Source: Azolla caroliniana (Eukaryota; Plantae; Polypodiophyta). From it: a stretch of 64,000 nt of DNA. Positions 22,871-35,666 of the stretch are shown piece by piece. Each line of letters starts with the position of its first letter. Positions within the stretch are counted from its first letter, which is position 1. The notes under the pieces were generated by a model. That model was given only the letters and a program-made list of their open reading frames with translations. It did no database searches and was not told the origin of the DNA. The translations under genes were made by a program, and so were the position numbers. The stretch covers positions 4,836,001 through 4,900,000 of the forward strand of contig JBHGNT010000005.1 of assembly GCA_043228905.1 (NCBI GenBank), read 5' to 3'.

Positions 22871-23950
22871 TCTCAAGGTGTTGTCTTTAGGTGCACAATG
22901 TCGGGAGCATGTCTATTGATTAGTGGAGTTCTCCCTCCACATCGATGTCATGAAGTGAGGGATTCAAACTATTGTATACCCCATTGGTATCGAGTAGGAT
23001 AGTGGTTGTCAATCACTCGTAAGTCTTTAAATGGGCAACCATAACCTCATTAACTCTCATTCACTTATTTGCGTTAACACTAGATTAAGATACTAACTAA
23101 TATTTCAGACAAGGTTAAGGATTCAACATACACTCCTAACGAGAAACGCACGCAATGTGTATAATAGCATTAACCTCATCTCAATTAATACAAGAGATTA
23201 CAACACACACGAGAAGGAGTGATTAAGGTAAAGCTAAATAGTGCTTAACCTTGATCATTTTACTACTCAAGTGAAAGATCAAGGAGAGGAAAAAGCTCAA
23301 ACTTAGTTTATAAGACAAGAAAAAACTCAAGAGGAAGGAAGACTTACAATACTACAAGTGTCTTTCATAGCTTTTTATGACGAAGGTTGCCCCCTTTCAC
23401 ACTAGGGTGGGCCCTTTGCCCTAGAGCTTTGAAAGGAGTTTTATTCTACTCTCCTTTTCCGTAATGTTTTGTTAGGCTCAATTCCTATACCAATGTCGGT
23501 GCCTTCGTATGAATCATGTTATGTACTACATGTACTTAACAATATCTAAACTATGTTGTTACAAATCTAATGCAATTAAGTATTTGGGGGATTTCAATTC
23601 ATTTTGTGCATTGTCTTCTCAAGTTGGTCACCCACATATTATACATGCATGCTGACATATGTACATTTTCATCTACATATATATCATATTTGGTCGTTTT
23701 AAGTTTATGAACTCCACATTTTGGAAATATAATTTCATATAGATGATTTTGTTTATGGTTCCACGGTTTTTATGTACTTCTCTTTACTCAATATATTGAT
23801 GTGTTTCTAATTGTAATTCTCATGGTGCTAAAGACATAATATACTTGTTAGTTGTTTGATTTAAAGTGTGTTGTAATGAAAATGCTCCAAATTATAATTA
23901 AATTCACTTAGTATGTAGTTAAGAACCATAAATTGTAATATTGTTACATT

Positions 23951-24193
23951 CATAGTACGAACCATACGTGCATTCGTATTCGCGAATGTTTCAATCATTC
24001 GCATAAGAAAAACACCCTCAAAGAATGATAAATACCATACTTTTGGATTAATTATTTATTATGAGGTAAATAAGCTAAAAAAATGGAAAACAACAAAAAC
24101 AAAACACAAGAATGTTTGAATAACATTCACATTCATTTTCCAATGTAGGAAAACGAATGTTATGTTAGACGAACACGAATTTTACGTACTATG
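23951..24193. mobile_element. hAT-superfamily MITE (243 bp)
   Basis: TIRs CATAGTACG / CGTACTATG; perfect 8-bp TSD GTTACATT at 23943-23950 and 24194-24201. Confidence 0.9.
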
Positions 24194-26037
24194 GTTACAT
24201 TAAGATAACCCAAGGTTGTTGACAATGTACCAACTCATGTTATGCATGTCCAATTAAACAAGAGAACATACGATACCCCTTCCAGAATTCGAAGTTCTTA
24301 TTTTGGAGGTGAAAATGGAGATTTGAGAGGAGTTGCTAAAGGAAGCAATACTTGTAGATCTAGTTGTAATAATGAAATCAAAGATAGTGGCATATCACGA
24401 TTCACACTAATGTGAAATGTTTATGTCGAACAATCACCCCACATTTAAGTTTTATTATCAACCTCTTTGGGTCGATGTCGTGGGTTTTGGCAAGTATGTT
24501 TTGCCTAATCATTGGGGTTTCGTCGATTACAATACTACATGACACTTATCCCAATGCAATATTTAACTACTCAAAGGAGGCAAAATAAGTTGGATGTTAC
24601 TTGGAGTACAACAAGGCTCGCTTCAGTGACTACACTATCAACTTGGACCACTTACTTCTACCTGTAATTGATTAGGCATTGTTAGGCCTTGGAATATCAA
24701 AGGCTATACTCTACATGAAAAGAACTCTAGTTGTTTTCCTCCATTTGTCGATCGCAAAACATATTAACAGAAACACCACAATGTCCACTTGCCAACACTC
24801 AATACTAACTCATGTTGACATCATTCGCCAAATAATCCTTTATGGGGCAGTCGTGCATACCATAGAACACAAAATCACGAGGAAAAAAAAGAGAAGGCAT
24901 ATATATAGAAAATTGCGAATAATTTACAAAACTTTACAATCAAAGTTATCTCTTTTTATGCTATGATGGTATTCATAGTTATTGGTTGGTTGACATCCCA
25001 TCAAAGGTAAATATGTTGTTGGTTGAATGTTCAACAAGTGCTTTTAGCCTAAACAAGTAATCTTCCTATTTAAAGGGAACATTTATTTCCAACCCTCTTT
25101 TATGACATTATCACTTTATACATTATGGCCACAACTAATCAACGACCAACACATAGCACACTCGTGGAAAAACAAATCCCACAGAGAAGCTCGGATGTAA
25201 CACGACTAGTTGTTTTCTTTTTGTCTTTTATCACCCAATGTAACACGATTCACAAATCCAATGAGGCTAAGTTGTTGTGTAAAGAGGGCACTAAATCTAG
25301 ATTCATGTCATGGTCTAATAGAAGCATATCATGCACATTTTCTATCAAGAATACCTATCTTGCGAATGGCTGTGCCAAGGTGACATATTGTAGAGAGAAG
25401 TCATGGTCTTGTAAATATGACTCGTGTGCGCGAAGAACCATGCCGAGAATAGATGATGAGATGCTCAGCTGTCATATGAAAAATAGTAGTAGATTGTGTC
25501 AAATTACGAAGATTTCAACATGAGATTCGCGAGTTTTCGAAAAGCTAAAAGTTTGAATCGAGATCATTGGAAGGCTACCGATTTTGGTGATCAAGGCAAG
25601 TTACAACTACACTTCCACATAAGTTGTAAAGTTGGGGGGTGGGCGTAGGCATTAGAGCGGGGTTGTCTCGTATCATCGATGGACGAGGTCGCCGTGTGGG
25701 CAGGGTGAGGTGTGTGGGTGTGATGATGAGAACGGATGGTCTCGGATGAGGAAGGGAAATAAAATCGGAGACAAACGAATTACGAGAGCGAGAAACTAAA
25801 CATGGCTACTTACCGAGGCGTTTTTTGTTTTGAGATGAGAGAGAAGGGCGACTGATTTCCTTGTGAAGGAAGGAAGAAGAATAAAAAGAGTTGGGAGAGA
25901 AGAAAGAGAGATATTCTGTTTGTTGTTCCGCGTGGTGCCCTTCCGTCCTTTTCTTTCTTCGTCGTCGTCTTTTGGGGCGGACTCCAAATGTTTTCCAGAG
26001 ATTTTATTCAATCGGGTTAAGAAAGGTTTTGAAGTCC

Positions 26038-26050
26038 CAGAACCCTAGAA
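26038..26050 (+). promoter_or_regulatory. Telo-box-like motif (AACCCTA) near the presumed eEF2 transcription start
   Basis: GAACCCTAG lies upstream of a pyrimidine-rich leader and a donor CAG|GTATTC near 26183. Telo-boxes are typical of plant translation genes. Confidence 0.4.
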
Positions 26051-26207
26051 AAACATATCCTTTTGAAGCCCCAGCCTCTCTCCCACTGCTTCCTTCCTTC
26101 CTTTCAACTCTCGCCATCGCTCCTCCGTCTCTTTGTGCAGGAGGCAACTCTTCTGCGCCCAAGCTTTCTTCCTCCCATCTCAGGTATTCATCTCTACGCT
26201 ACTGCTC

Positions 26208-26250
<43 letters not shown>

Positions 26251-26901
26251 TCTGTTCAATTCCTTTTGTCTCTCGCATCTCCCTTTCGAAACCTGGTTAT
26301 CTTCATTCTCCTCCTCCCCCCCCTCTCCTCATGTCATTGTCTGATGCGTCATAATGTCTCCACTTCTCTCTTCGATCTTCACGTATTTCTCTCCTTCATC
26401 TGCAGCCCCGAGTATATCCACACGTTTTTCTTCGGTATTCGCGGTTTCTCTCCTTCTCTGTTGTTTAATTAGTATATCTCCTAATGAAAGGTCCGATCTT
26501 TCAACTGCATAACTCAGATCGTTCTTCACTGTCTAAGAATTCCAGGTTTCTTTTTAATTCAGCGTGTGGTTTCTTCTACCGTTTAACTTATCTCCCTTTG
26601 CTTTTCTAAGAATTCGACGTTTACAATATTTTTATAACTTCATTTCGTTTCTTTTATGTAAGAATTGTTCACTTCAACTACATACTTTCTCTCGTTTCTC
26701 TATGTTCGATGTTTGTCTCTTACCCGTTCATATATTTCAGATGTATCTCGTCTTCTCCTTTTCTGCTATCTAGCACTTTACTATTTTCTATATCTGTAAC
26801 TCTACTAGGAGCTTATCAGTAGCTTGGTCCGCGTCACTAGGCGATGTATTCGTCCCTTCTGTGTGTCCGTTTTCTGAAGGATCTGTTGCTATTCTAGCTC
26901 T

Positions 26902-27345
26902 TTTTACAGAATTCAAAGATCTCTTTTACCCACAATTTTCTTTGTTTCTGATGCATACCCTTTGTGATTCACGTTTTTGATTTGCATTCTGAAAATTTCG
27001 CTATAATGTATAAATGCAATGATGAGTTTTTTTCTTAGCTCATCAACAGTGGTGAAGCCTTGAAAGCTGAATCTTTTATCGAAAGTGGCATTTTTATATT
27101 AAAGCTTTCTTGTGTTGCTATTCTAGGTCGTTTTACAGAATTCTTCGAGCCTATTTACCGACAATTTTTTTTCTTCTGATGCATACTCTTTGTGATTCAC
27201 GTTTTTCTTTTGCATTCTGAAAATTTCGCTATCATGTATGAATGCAATCGCGAGTTTTGTTCTGATCTCATCAACAGTGGTGAAGCTTTGAAAGCTGAAT
27301 CTTTTATCGAAAGTGGCCTTTTTATATAAAAGCTTTATTGTGGTG
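26902..27345. repeat. Diverged tandem duplication (about 229 bp x2) in the eEF2 5'-UTR intron
   Basis: TTTTACAGAATTC...TTTGCATTCTGAAAATTTCGCTAT...GAAAGCTGAATCTTTTATCGAAAGTGGC is repeated. Confidence 0.85.
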
Positions 27346-28070
27346 CTCGTTGCATGATCTTGATTCGTCTGCACCTTAACATATCTCAATCTTCTTTTAT
27401 CTAGTAAGAATTTAAGATTAACATTCTGTCTACCCATATGAGCAATTCTAGTCTGTTGACAATAAAACTACATCCTTATCGGTGGCTGTAACCTGAATAT
27501 CTAATTCCTGTGAGATCGTTTCTGTATTATGATCTGTTTCAGGATGTTCTGCAGGGCCCGATTTCGTTATAATATTCAAGTATTCCCCATTGAAATGTTT
27601 ATTTTTATCATTTGTATACTTCATCATGTGTTCCAATATTATTGCTTGATCTATGTAACGAAATTCTAGTTGCCTATTGCGAACAGTCCGGTTGATTCAT
27701 TTGTATTTTGTGATACTTTTAGATTGTGTAATTTCTTTGTTATTCTTAGTTCTGACAGGTCATATGAGCCTGTGTTGGAATGACTTGTATTTACTTTTAC
27801 TGGATCACAACCACAGTGTCTATTTGTGAATCTCATTACAATAACGTCAGTTTCATGATTTGTGTCAAGTTAAATTTTTTATTCCAGATGTTAGATATTG
27901 TATGCGCATTTCTCTCAATGCTATGACAGTAATTTTGGCCGCATGTTTAACTTAATTTATCATCAGGTATTTCTCAAAGTTTTGCATCTCATTTATTCAC
28001 TAACTGATATATTTTTCAGGGTTCTTCAGCTCGTATAATACTTTCTGGGTGCTAACATCAGTTAGCAAAA

Positions 28071-30836
28071 ATGGTAAAACAATAGCACAATTCACTTGAT
28101 TAATGATATACATATCCTTGTGCAACTTCTGATTCCCTGATGTCCTTGTGCGTTCGCTTATTTCCAGGTGAAGTTTACTATTGAAGAGCTTCGTAGGATC
28201 ATGGACAAAAAGAATAACATTCGCAATATGTCTGTTATTGCTCATGTGGATCACGGTGTGACCATTATTCAACACTTCTAGTGTTATTTATGATAATAAT
28301 TCATACCAATTTTGCTGGATTCCGCACTATTCTTTTGTATTGGTTTATATAATAGTTAAAAGAGAACCAACTGTATCTCGTTATATTTGTTGTAGGTAAG
28401 TCTACGTTGACAGATTCCCTTGTGGCGGCTGCTGGAATTATTGCTCAGGAGGTTGCGGGTGATGTGCGTCTAACTGACACACGTCAAGATGAAGCTGAAC
28501 GTGGCATCACCATCAAGTCCACTGGAATCTCCCTCTATTATGAGATGACTGAAGCTTCATTGAAGGATTACAAGGGTGAGAAAGATGGCAATGATTACCT
28601 GATCAACTTGATAGACTCTCCTGGACATGTTGATTTCTCGTCAGAAGTCACTGCAGCTCTACGTATCACAGATGGTGCCTTGGTCGTGGTGGATTGTGTT
28701 GAAGGTGTATGTGTGCAGACTGAAACTGTCCTTCGTCAAGCTTTAGGTGAGAGGATTCGTCCTGTGCTTACTGTTAACAAAATGGACAGGTGCTTCCTTG
28801 AGCTCCAAGTGGAGGGAGAGGAGGCATACCAAACCTTCCAGAGAGTCATTGAAAATGCGAATGTTATTATGGCAACATATGAAGATCCACTCCTTGGTGA
28901 TGTCCAAGTTTATCCTGAAAAAGGAACTGTTGCATTTTCTGCTGGTCTACATGGATGGGCTTTCACCCTTACCAATTTTGCCAAAATGTATGCTGCTAAA
29001 TTTGGAGTTGATGAATCGAAGATGATGGAGAGGTTGTGGGGTGAGAATTATTTTGATCCTGCCACTAAAAAGTGGACGACAAAAAATACTGGGGCTCCTA
29101 CATGTCAGAGAGGTTTTGTGCAATTTATCTACAACCCTATTAAGCAGATAATCAATATCTGTATGAATGATCAAAAGGACAAACTGTGGCCCATGCTTGC
29201 AAAGCTTGGCGTCACAATGAAGGGTGATGAGAAAGAACTCAGGGCAAAGGCTTTGATGAAGCGTGTGATGCAGACGTGGCTTCCTGCTAGTGATGCTCTT
29301 CTTGAAATGATGGTGTTCCACCTTCCGTCTCCCGCTAAGGCACAAAGGTACAGAGTTGAGAACCTGTACGAGGGCCCTCTTGATGATCAGTATGCTAATG
29401 CTATCAGGAATTGTGATCCTGATGGTCCCCTCATGCTTTATGTTTCTAAAATGATTCCAGCATCAGATAAGGGTCGATTTTTTGCTTTTGGACGTGTGTT
29501 TTCAGGGAAGGTTGCCACTGGGTGTAAGGTGCGAATCATGGGTCCTAACTATGTCCCTGGCCAAAAGAAAGATTTGTACACAAAGAGTGTTCAGAGAACT
29601 GTTATATGGATGGGGAGGAGGCAAGAATCTGTTGAGGATGTGCCATGTGGAAACACTGTGGCCATGGTTGGTCTTGATCAATACATAACAAAGAATGCAA
29701 CCCTCACAAATGAGAAGGAGGTCGATGCTCATCCTATCAGGGCAATGAAGTTTTCTGTCTCACCTGTTGTGCGTGTTGCAGTTCAATGCAAGGTTGCCTC
29801 TGATCTTCCTAAGCTAGTCGAGGGCTTAAAACGCTTGGCTAAATCAGATCCTATGGTTGTATGTACGATCGAAGAGTCTGGAGAGCACATCATTGCGGGT
29901 GCTGGTGAGCTTCATCTGGAGATTTGCTTGAAAGACTTGCAAGAGGATTTCATGGGTGGTGCTGAAATCATAGTTTCTGATCCTGTTGTCTCCTTCAGGG
30001 AGACTGTGCTTGAAAAATCTCATCACACTGTCATGAGCAAATCTCCTAACAAGCACAACCGGCTGTACTTTGAGGCCAGACCTTTGGAGGATGGGCTTGC
30101 TGAAGCTATTGATGATGGACGTATTGGTCCCAGAGATGATCCTAAAGTTCGGAGCAAGATCTTGTCTGAGGAGTTTGGTTGGGATAAGGATCTTGCAAAG
30201 AAAATTTGGTGTTTTGGGCCTGAGACGACTGGACCTAATCTTGTGGTTGACATGTGTAAGGGAGTTCAGTATCTCAATGAAATCAAGGATTCGGTTGTAG
30301 CTGCTTGCCAGTGGGCTACCAAGGAGGGTGCCCTCGCTGAAGAAAACATGAGAGGAATTGCTTTTGAAGTTTGTGATGTGGTTCTTCATGCTGATGCTAT
30401 TCATAGAGGAGGAGGTCAGGTTATTCCCACTGCAAGACGTGTGATGTATGCTGCTCAGCTAACTGCTAAACCAAGGTTGTTAGAACCTGTCTATCTTGTG
30501 GAGATTCAAGCACCTGAACAAGCTCTTGGTGGTATCTACGGTGTGTTGAATCAGAAGAGAGGGCATGTGTTTGAAGAAATTCAGCGTCCAGGGACTCCAC
30601 TCTATAACATCAAGGCTTATCTTCCTGTGATAGAGTCTTTTGGGTTTTCGAGCACTCTCCGTGCAGCTACATCAGGACAAGCGTTTCCTCAGTGTGTCTT
30701 TGATCATTGGGATATGATGAATAGTGACCCATTTGAGTCTGGATCACAGGCTGCCCAGCTTATTGTGGATATCCGCAAAAGGAAGGGATTGAAGGAACAA
30801 ATGACCCCGCTCTCTGAGTATGAAGATAAGCTCTAG
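28071..30836 (+). CDS. eEF2: Eukaryotic translation elongation factor 2 (843 aa; coding exons 28071-28073, 28168-28255, 28396-30836)
   Basis: Spliced start [39 protein letters not shown] with GT-AG introns in compatible phase. [19 protein letters not shown] and the diphthamide loop [11 protein letters not shown] are present. Confidence 0.98.
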
Positions 30837-33022
30837 AAATCTTCTGGATGGGAAAGTAACTTGGCAGAGTTTGCATTTTGGTTGTAGTATTTCTTTTTCG
30901 AGGGGTAAAGTAAGGTTATAGGAGGTAAGAGAACATGACTCATAAATCTTGCAGCTCACTTTACGGTTATGCCTTCTGGCAGGGATCATGAGGTGAACTG
31001 TTTTTTCTAATATTTTTGTTGAGTTTTTAGGTTTTCATTGATGCGTTTGCTGGAATTTCGAACTAATTTGTATTATGAAGATCTTGTTTTTGCAAGAGTT
31101 TTGTATGTGGAATCGTGGAATCATGTTTTTGCAGAAGATTAAATGGTATTTACTTAATTATCGTGTGTTTAAAAGTTTCAGGTTTGTCTTTTTGAACTGT
31201 AACTGCATTGTATTTTTAGGTGTTGACATATTTTTCTATGGAAAGTTCAATTAACTTGATCTTTATGGTGTCGTTTTAAATATTGTACTATGAAAATGGT
31301 TTATGCAGAAGTTCTGTGTTAAACGTATTATTTCAGAGTATTATGTAGATATAATTTTTAGGCGGTTTTCACTAAACCGGAACATCCTTATACTTGATTT
31401 GTTCCATCAAAGAAAGGACCTTCCGGCTGACAGTAGAAATATATATGTAGACTTGATGATTATTATGTTCCCTTTCCTATGCTCAAATTAGAAGAATTGT
31501 CTATCTTCGAGGCTCCAGCGTAGGCATTACGTGAAGAACTTGTCTCCTCTGACCTTCTCAAATGAAAGAGGAGTTATTACATCATGAGGTTTTGCAAATT
31601 AACTAAATATCATGTTGCTCTGTTAACTAGTGTATGCAGAAACGGCACTATCATTTTCTGACGTTTCATAATGTCACAGAGAATCATTTCAGTTCATATG
31701 TTTGTTATCGTACACAGCTCTTGAATCTGAAGTTGACACTATCAACTACATTTGGTAGTGATTATACATGTTTGCTAATTGACTTGTGGTTGCATTTGTT
31801 GGTTGTGTTAGAGAGTGATATCCTTCTTAATGAGATGAGTTTCTTGGTGCCATACAATGATTTACTTTAGGGTTGAGTTGCTTTATGATTCCTACACAGT
31901 GGCTAATATAACTTTAGATTGAAGATCAAATCCTCAGTATGAGGGTTCCTATCCCACAAAGTGGTCCCATAAGAGCTCCACCTCATTGTAATAAGGCATG
32001 TAAGATTTCAAGGAGTTAAGAGGAGCTTATTCTTGTTCTTCGAAATTGACATTATCCCCTCACAAATGATAATTGGACAAAAAGATAGTTTTCGTCATGT
32101 CAAAAAGATAGCGAGTTCTTTTGGTGTTGACATCTTATTTTGCTTAGTAGTTGACATCCCCACTTATTCCTATGTCTCGCTAAGTTTGAAACATTTGATA
32201 AGATCTGGTAAAGAGAGCCACAAAAAGGAATATGAAGTAGCGAAGATATTTTTTTGTTGGTTTATGTAGGGGAATGGTTTATTGGAGATTTGCATTAGAT
32301 AATATCTTTGAAAGAGAGCAACAAAAAGAAACAAGAAGACGAGAACATATTTCTTTGCTATAGTGATTACTTTGTCAAATCACATCAAAAGCACGCAAAA
32401 TTTATTTTCGAAACCGACCTCACCTATTATTGCGAAAACAAAAGGCATAAGAAGATAAGAACATATTTCTTTGTTATAGTGATTATTTTGTTCAAAACAC
32501 ACCAAAAGCACACAAAATTTATTTTCGATGCCGACAAAGCTCACCTAAAAATCAATCTATTATTGCCTTGTGATGCTTTGTTGTAGATATTGTCTTTTTT
32601 CTATTTATTTAAAAGGCATCTATTCATTACATTAGGTCCCTTGGTTGACAAGACAACTTTTTTTGTAAGCAAGTAATAGTCTCACGAAATGAGGAGAGAC
32701 ATACATTTCCTATGCACGGAGACATGGAAACGTTTAGCTATAAACAAAGTCGAAGGTTGTGCAACTGGCGCGTGGCGATTATGAAGTTTGTATGTAACCG
32801 AGGGGCCTGTAAGAAAGAGCTAAGAGTGAGGTGAATCAATGTATGTGTTGTGTGGGGCAAAATGCATGTGAAGGACAATCTCTCTGTCTCTCTGTCTCTG
32901 TCTCTTATCGTAATTTCCCGACAGCTGTAAGTTGTTAGATTACTAACACACTATGTCTTGGGTTGGAAACAAAATTTTCTCACCTCTTTATTACTCCATA
33001 GTACATACATCTCTCTCTCTCT

Positions 33023-33058
<36 letters not shown>

Positions 33059-33806
33059 TAAAAACACTGAAAGAAGAAGAAGGAAAGAAAGAGCACAATT
33101 AAAAACACTGTTAAAGAAGAAGAAGGAAAGGGCCAAAAATGGAGGAGGGACAAATAAAAAGTGTGTGGAGAGGAAATGAGGGACAACTGCAATTGAGGAT
33201 AAGTATGCCTGCCTGCCTGCCTCCCCTGCTTCATCCCTTCCTGCTCTGCATCCTCCTCCTCCTCCTCCTCCTCACACTCAAGATTTGATTCAGACAAATT
33301 TTCGGGCTTGCCAAAGTAGATGAAGGTTCTAGGTTTCCAGACAGCTTCCCACCCTCCTCTCATGATAGCAGAGAAATTTAGGGTTTTCTGAGCCCCTGAA
33401 GTGAAGTGGCAACACAAACCTATGGTTTTTAAACACACGACGAAGCAGAGGCGCTGTTAAAGAAGGTCGAGAGCTTCCGGCGCCGCGAAAATAAGGAGCT
33501 GATGAAAAGCAAGAGTTTCGGACACCAGGGAACAGAGAATCTAGCGCTTCAGACACCAGGGAAACAAAAAATGTGAAGCGGTTAGAGTTTCAGACGCCGC
33601 GATTTGGAAGGGGTGAAGAAATTTAGAGTTTCATAGAAGAGGGTAAGAAATGAATGTTTTTGCTTCAGTCTCGGTGCAATAGTAGGGTTTCAAACTCGAT
33701 GAAAGAGGAGATTCAATGCTGAAAAGTTAGGTTCTCAGACATAATGAAATAGAAGATTAGATCATAAAGATGTTAGATTTTCAGACATGATGAAACAAAA
33801 GATCGG

Positions 33807-34475
33807 ATGATACCACTAGTGAATGTGATGGAACAAGAAGATATAGCCATGAGCGTTTCTCATCCCCATAAAGATAATGGAATTAGAAATGGTGGAGTTA
33901 TAGCAGAGTACAAGATTGAAGAGAGTACGAGTAGCAACAATAGTAATAGCAACAATAATTACAGCCATAACAACTACTACGACAACAGTAACAGCAACAA
34001 TAATTACAGCTATAACAACTACGTCAGTGGTAGTATGTGTCCTTATCTGGGTTGTCAACAAAGAGTTAAACCTGCTAAACCTGGTCATGAGACAGCTTGC
34101 AGTCCTCTCCATCATCTGCTTGTTATGTGTAAAAGGTTTTGTACTAAGAACCCGAGCTTCGATACCAGTCTCAAGTGTTTCTATTCGATAGGAGATATTC
34201 ACACAACTCCTCATTGTGCATTTGATACATGCCCTCAAACCCCATGTTATAAAGGGAAATGGTGCTCTGAACAGCACTTCTTGTATTGGCTACAATTCTT
34301 TACCAGGAATTTAGACCCTGTTCAGAGGTGTAAATTCCAGGGCTGTCCTCGGCATGTGTTTGTTGAGGTAAAGAGCGACGGAGTTTCACTTCAAGTCCAT
34401 GATTTCTGTTGTTGGACTCATTGCCAATACCAATATATGCGCCCGAACTCTTTGCCGCTTAGACCAAATAATGAG
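33807..34475 (+). CDS. Exon encoding an Asn-rich tract and three C-x4-C-xn-C-x3-H putative zinc fingers
   Basis: CPYLGC...CSPLH, CAFDTC...CSEQH and CKFQGC...HDFCCWTH. Donor GAG|GTATGC at 34476. Confidence 0.6.
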
Positions 34476-35005
34476 GTATGCATTACTTTTAACTAATTTC
34501 TTTTGTGTGATAACGTCAATATTACCTTATTTTATAGAACCACAATATGAGATAGAGAGGGTTTTTTAAAGCTAGAAAGAGACAGTTTGTTTGAGATTTC
34601 CTCCAAACTTCATAGGTAACTTAGCTGAAGGGAAATCTGTTTATATGTGCACATATAAAGGACATTATATATAGTGCTCCTTGTTTGGGACAGGTACATG
34701 TTAAGCTCCTTGTTTTGAACTACTAACACAGGAAATATTGTTTATATTGCTTAAAATTAGGATTAGCTCTAAAACACTAAAGTCATTAAATATCCTTATC
34801 ACACATGCCAAGTTTTTTGAAGAGAGTGGTTGGTTTAGAGTTCTTGTGAAAGGGAATTGGTAGAGGAGAAGTTAGCTGGCTAGAATTCTCTAGGGGAAAA
34901 TGGGCACCTTTTTTATTCATCTAAATGTGAAGCGCAATCATCTAAATGAGCACTTTTTTCTACTCATTTTTTCCTGCGTTTAGTTTCTTATCTAGTGTAG
35001 TTAAG

Positions 35006-35666
35006 ATGCAGAGCGGCTACTGTGTGGAACTCACACCTAATGCGGCTATAGAGTCCTTGAAGGAATATGTGCGCAATAAATCTTCTCAACCAAAGGGCGT
35101 GCTAGTCGATGAATGCTTTTTCAACAAACATCCAGAGGATGTTCTAAATGAACCTGGTAATTCTTTGGAAAATCTCTTGGTTAGTAAAATATTGTTTCAT
35201 TGATTTAAACGTCTGTCATGTGCTAGGGTATCAATCTTGTTGGATAATTGTAAAGTGCAATTGGAATAAGGGTCAAAGAATGCTGAGGACAAAAGATGGA
35301 TATCACTGGAAACAACATGGCAAGCCTTGTAAGTCCTTTATCAGTGATAGTGAAGTGACTCGAAAACATTTGAGCTATACCAAGTTGGGAGGAAAGAAAA
35401 GAAACTTGGATGATTCTGTTGAATCGAAAAATTTCCATATGGTTGAGTATACTTTAAGTGATGTGGAATTTAAAGATTATTGTGTAGTGAAGCTTCAAAA
35501 AGGGAACTCCTCTAAACAAGGGAGCAAGAGAAAGCGTATCCCAAGCCGTCGATGTATGCCAAGGTTAGGTCGTAATGATTCGAATCGAATGGTGGAGAGT
35601 AATTTGACTGTCCTTGACGATTCATCTTGGTGGGATGCTTACTTTCCCATTAGTCCCAACATTTGA
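35006..35666 (+). CDS. Highly divergent NAC-domain protein exons (about 35006-35156 and 35227-35666)
   Basis: Subdomain-like blocks appear in NAC order: A GYCVELTPNAAIESLKEYV, B FFNKHPEDVL, C WII...RTKDGYHWKQHGK, D TRKHLSY...NFHMVEYTL, E DYCVVKLQK. A 70-nt phase-1 GT-AG intron lies right after subdomain B, as in canonical NAC genes. Basic NLS-like SKRKR follows. Confidence 0.65.

Noticed and set aside
22900-23500. Possible additional solo LTR
   Set aside because: Composition is LTR-like, but I could not identify matching TG...CA ends with a TSD.
25863-26472. ORFs of 60-190 aa around the eEF2 promoter
   Set aside because: They run through (CT)n and the pyrimidine-rich leader or intron, with low-complexity translations.
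27745-27845. H/ACA snoRNA in the eEF2 leader intron
   Set aside because: Two loose hairpins and an ACA are present, but there is no ANANNA H box between them.
28747-30404. Overlapping and antisense ORFs within eEF2 (likewise within the HSPA12-like genes, SAMS and pol)
   Set aside because: These are shadow ORFs of real coding sequence with no independent support.
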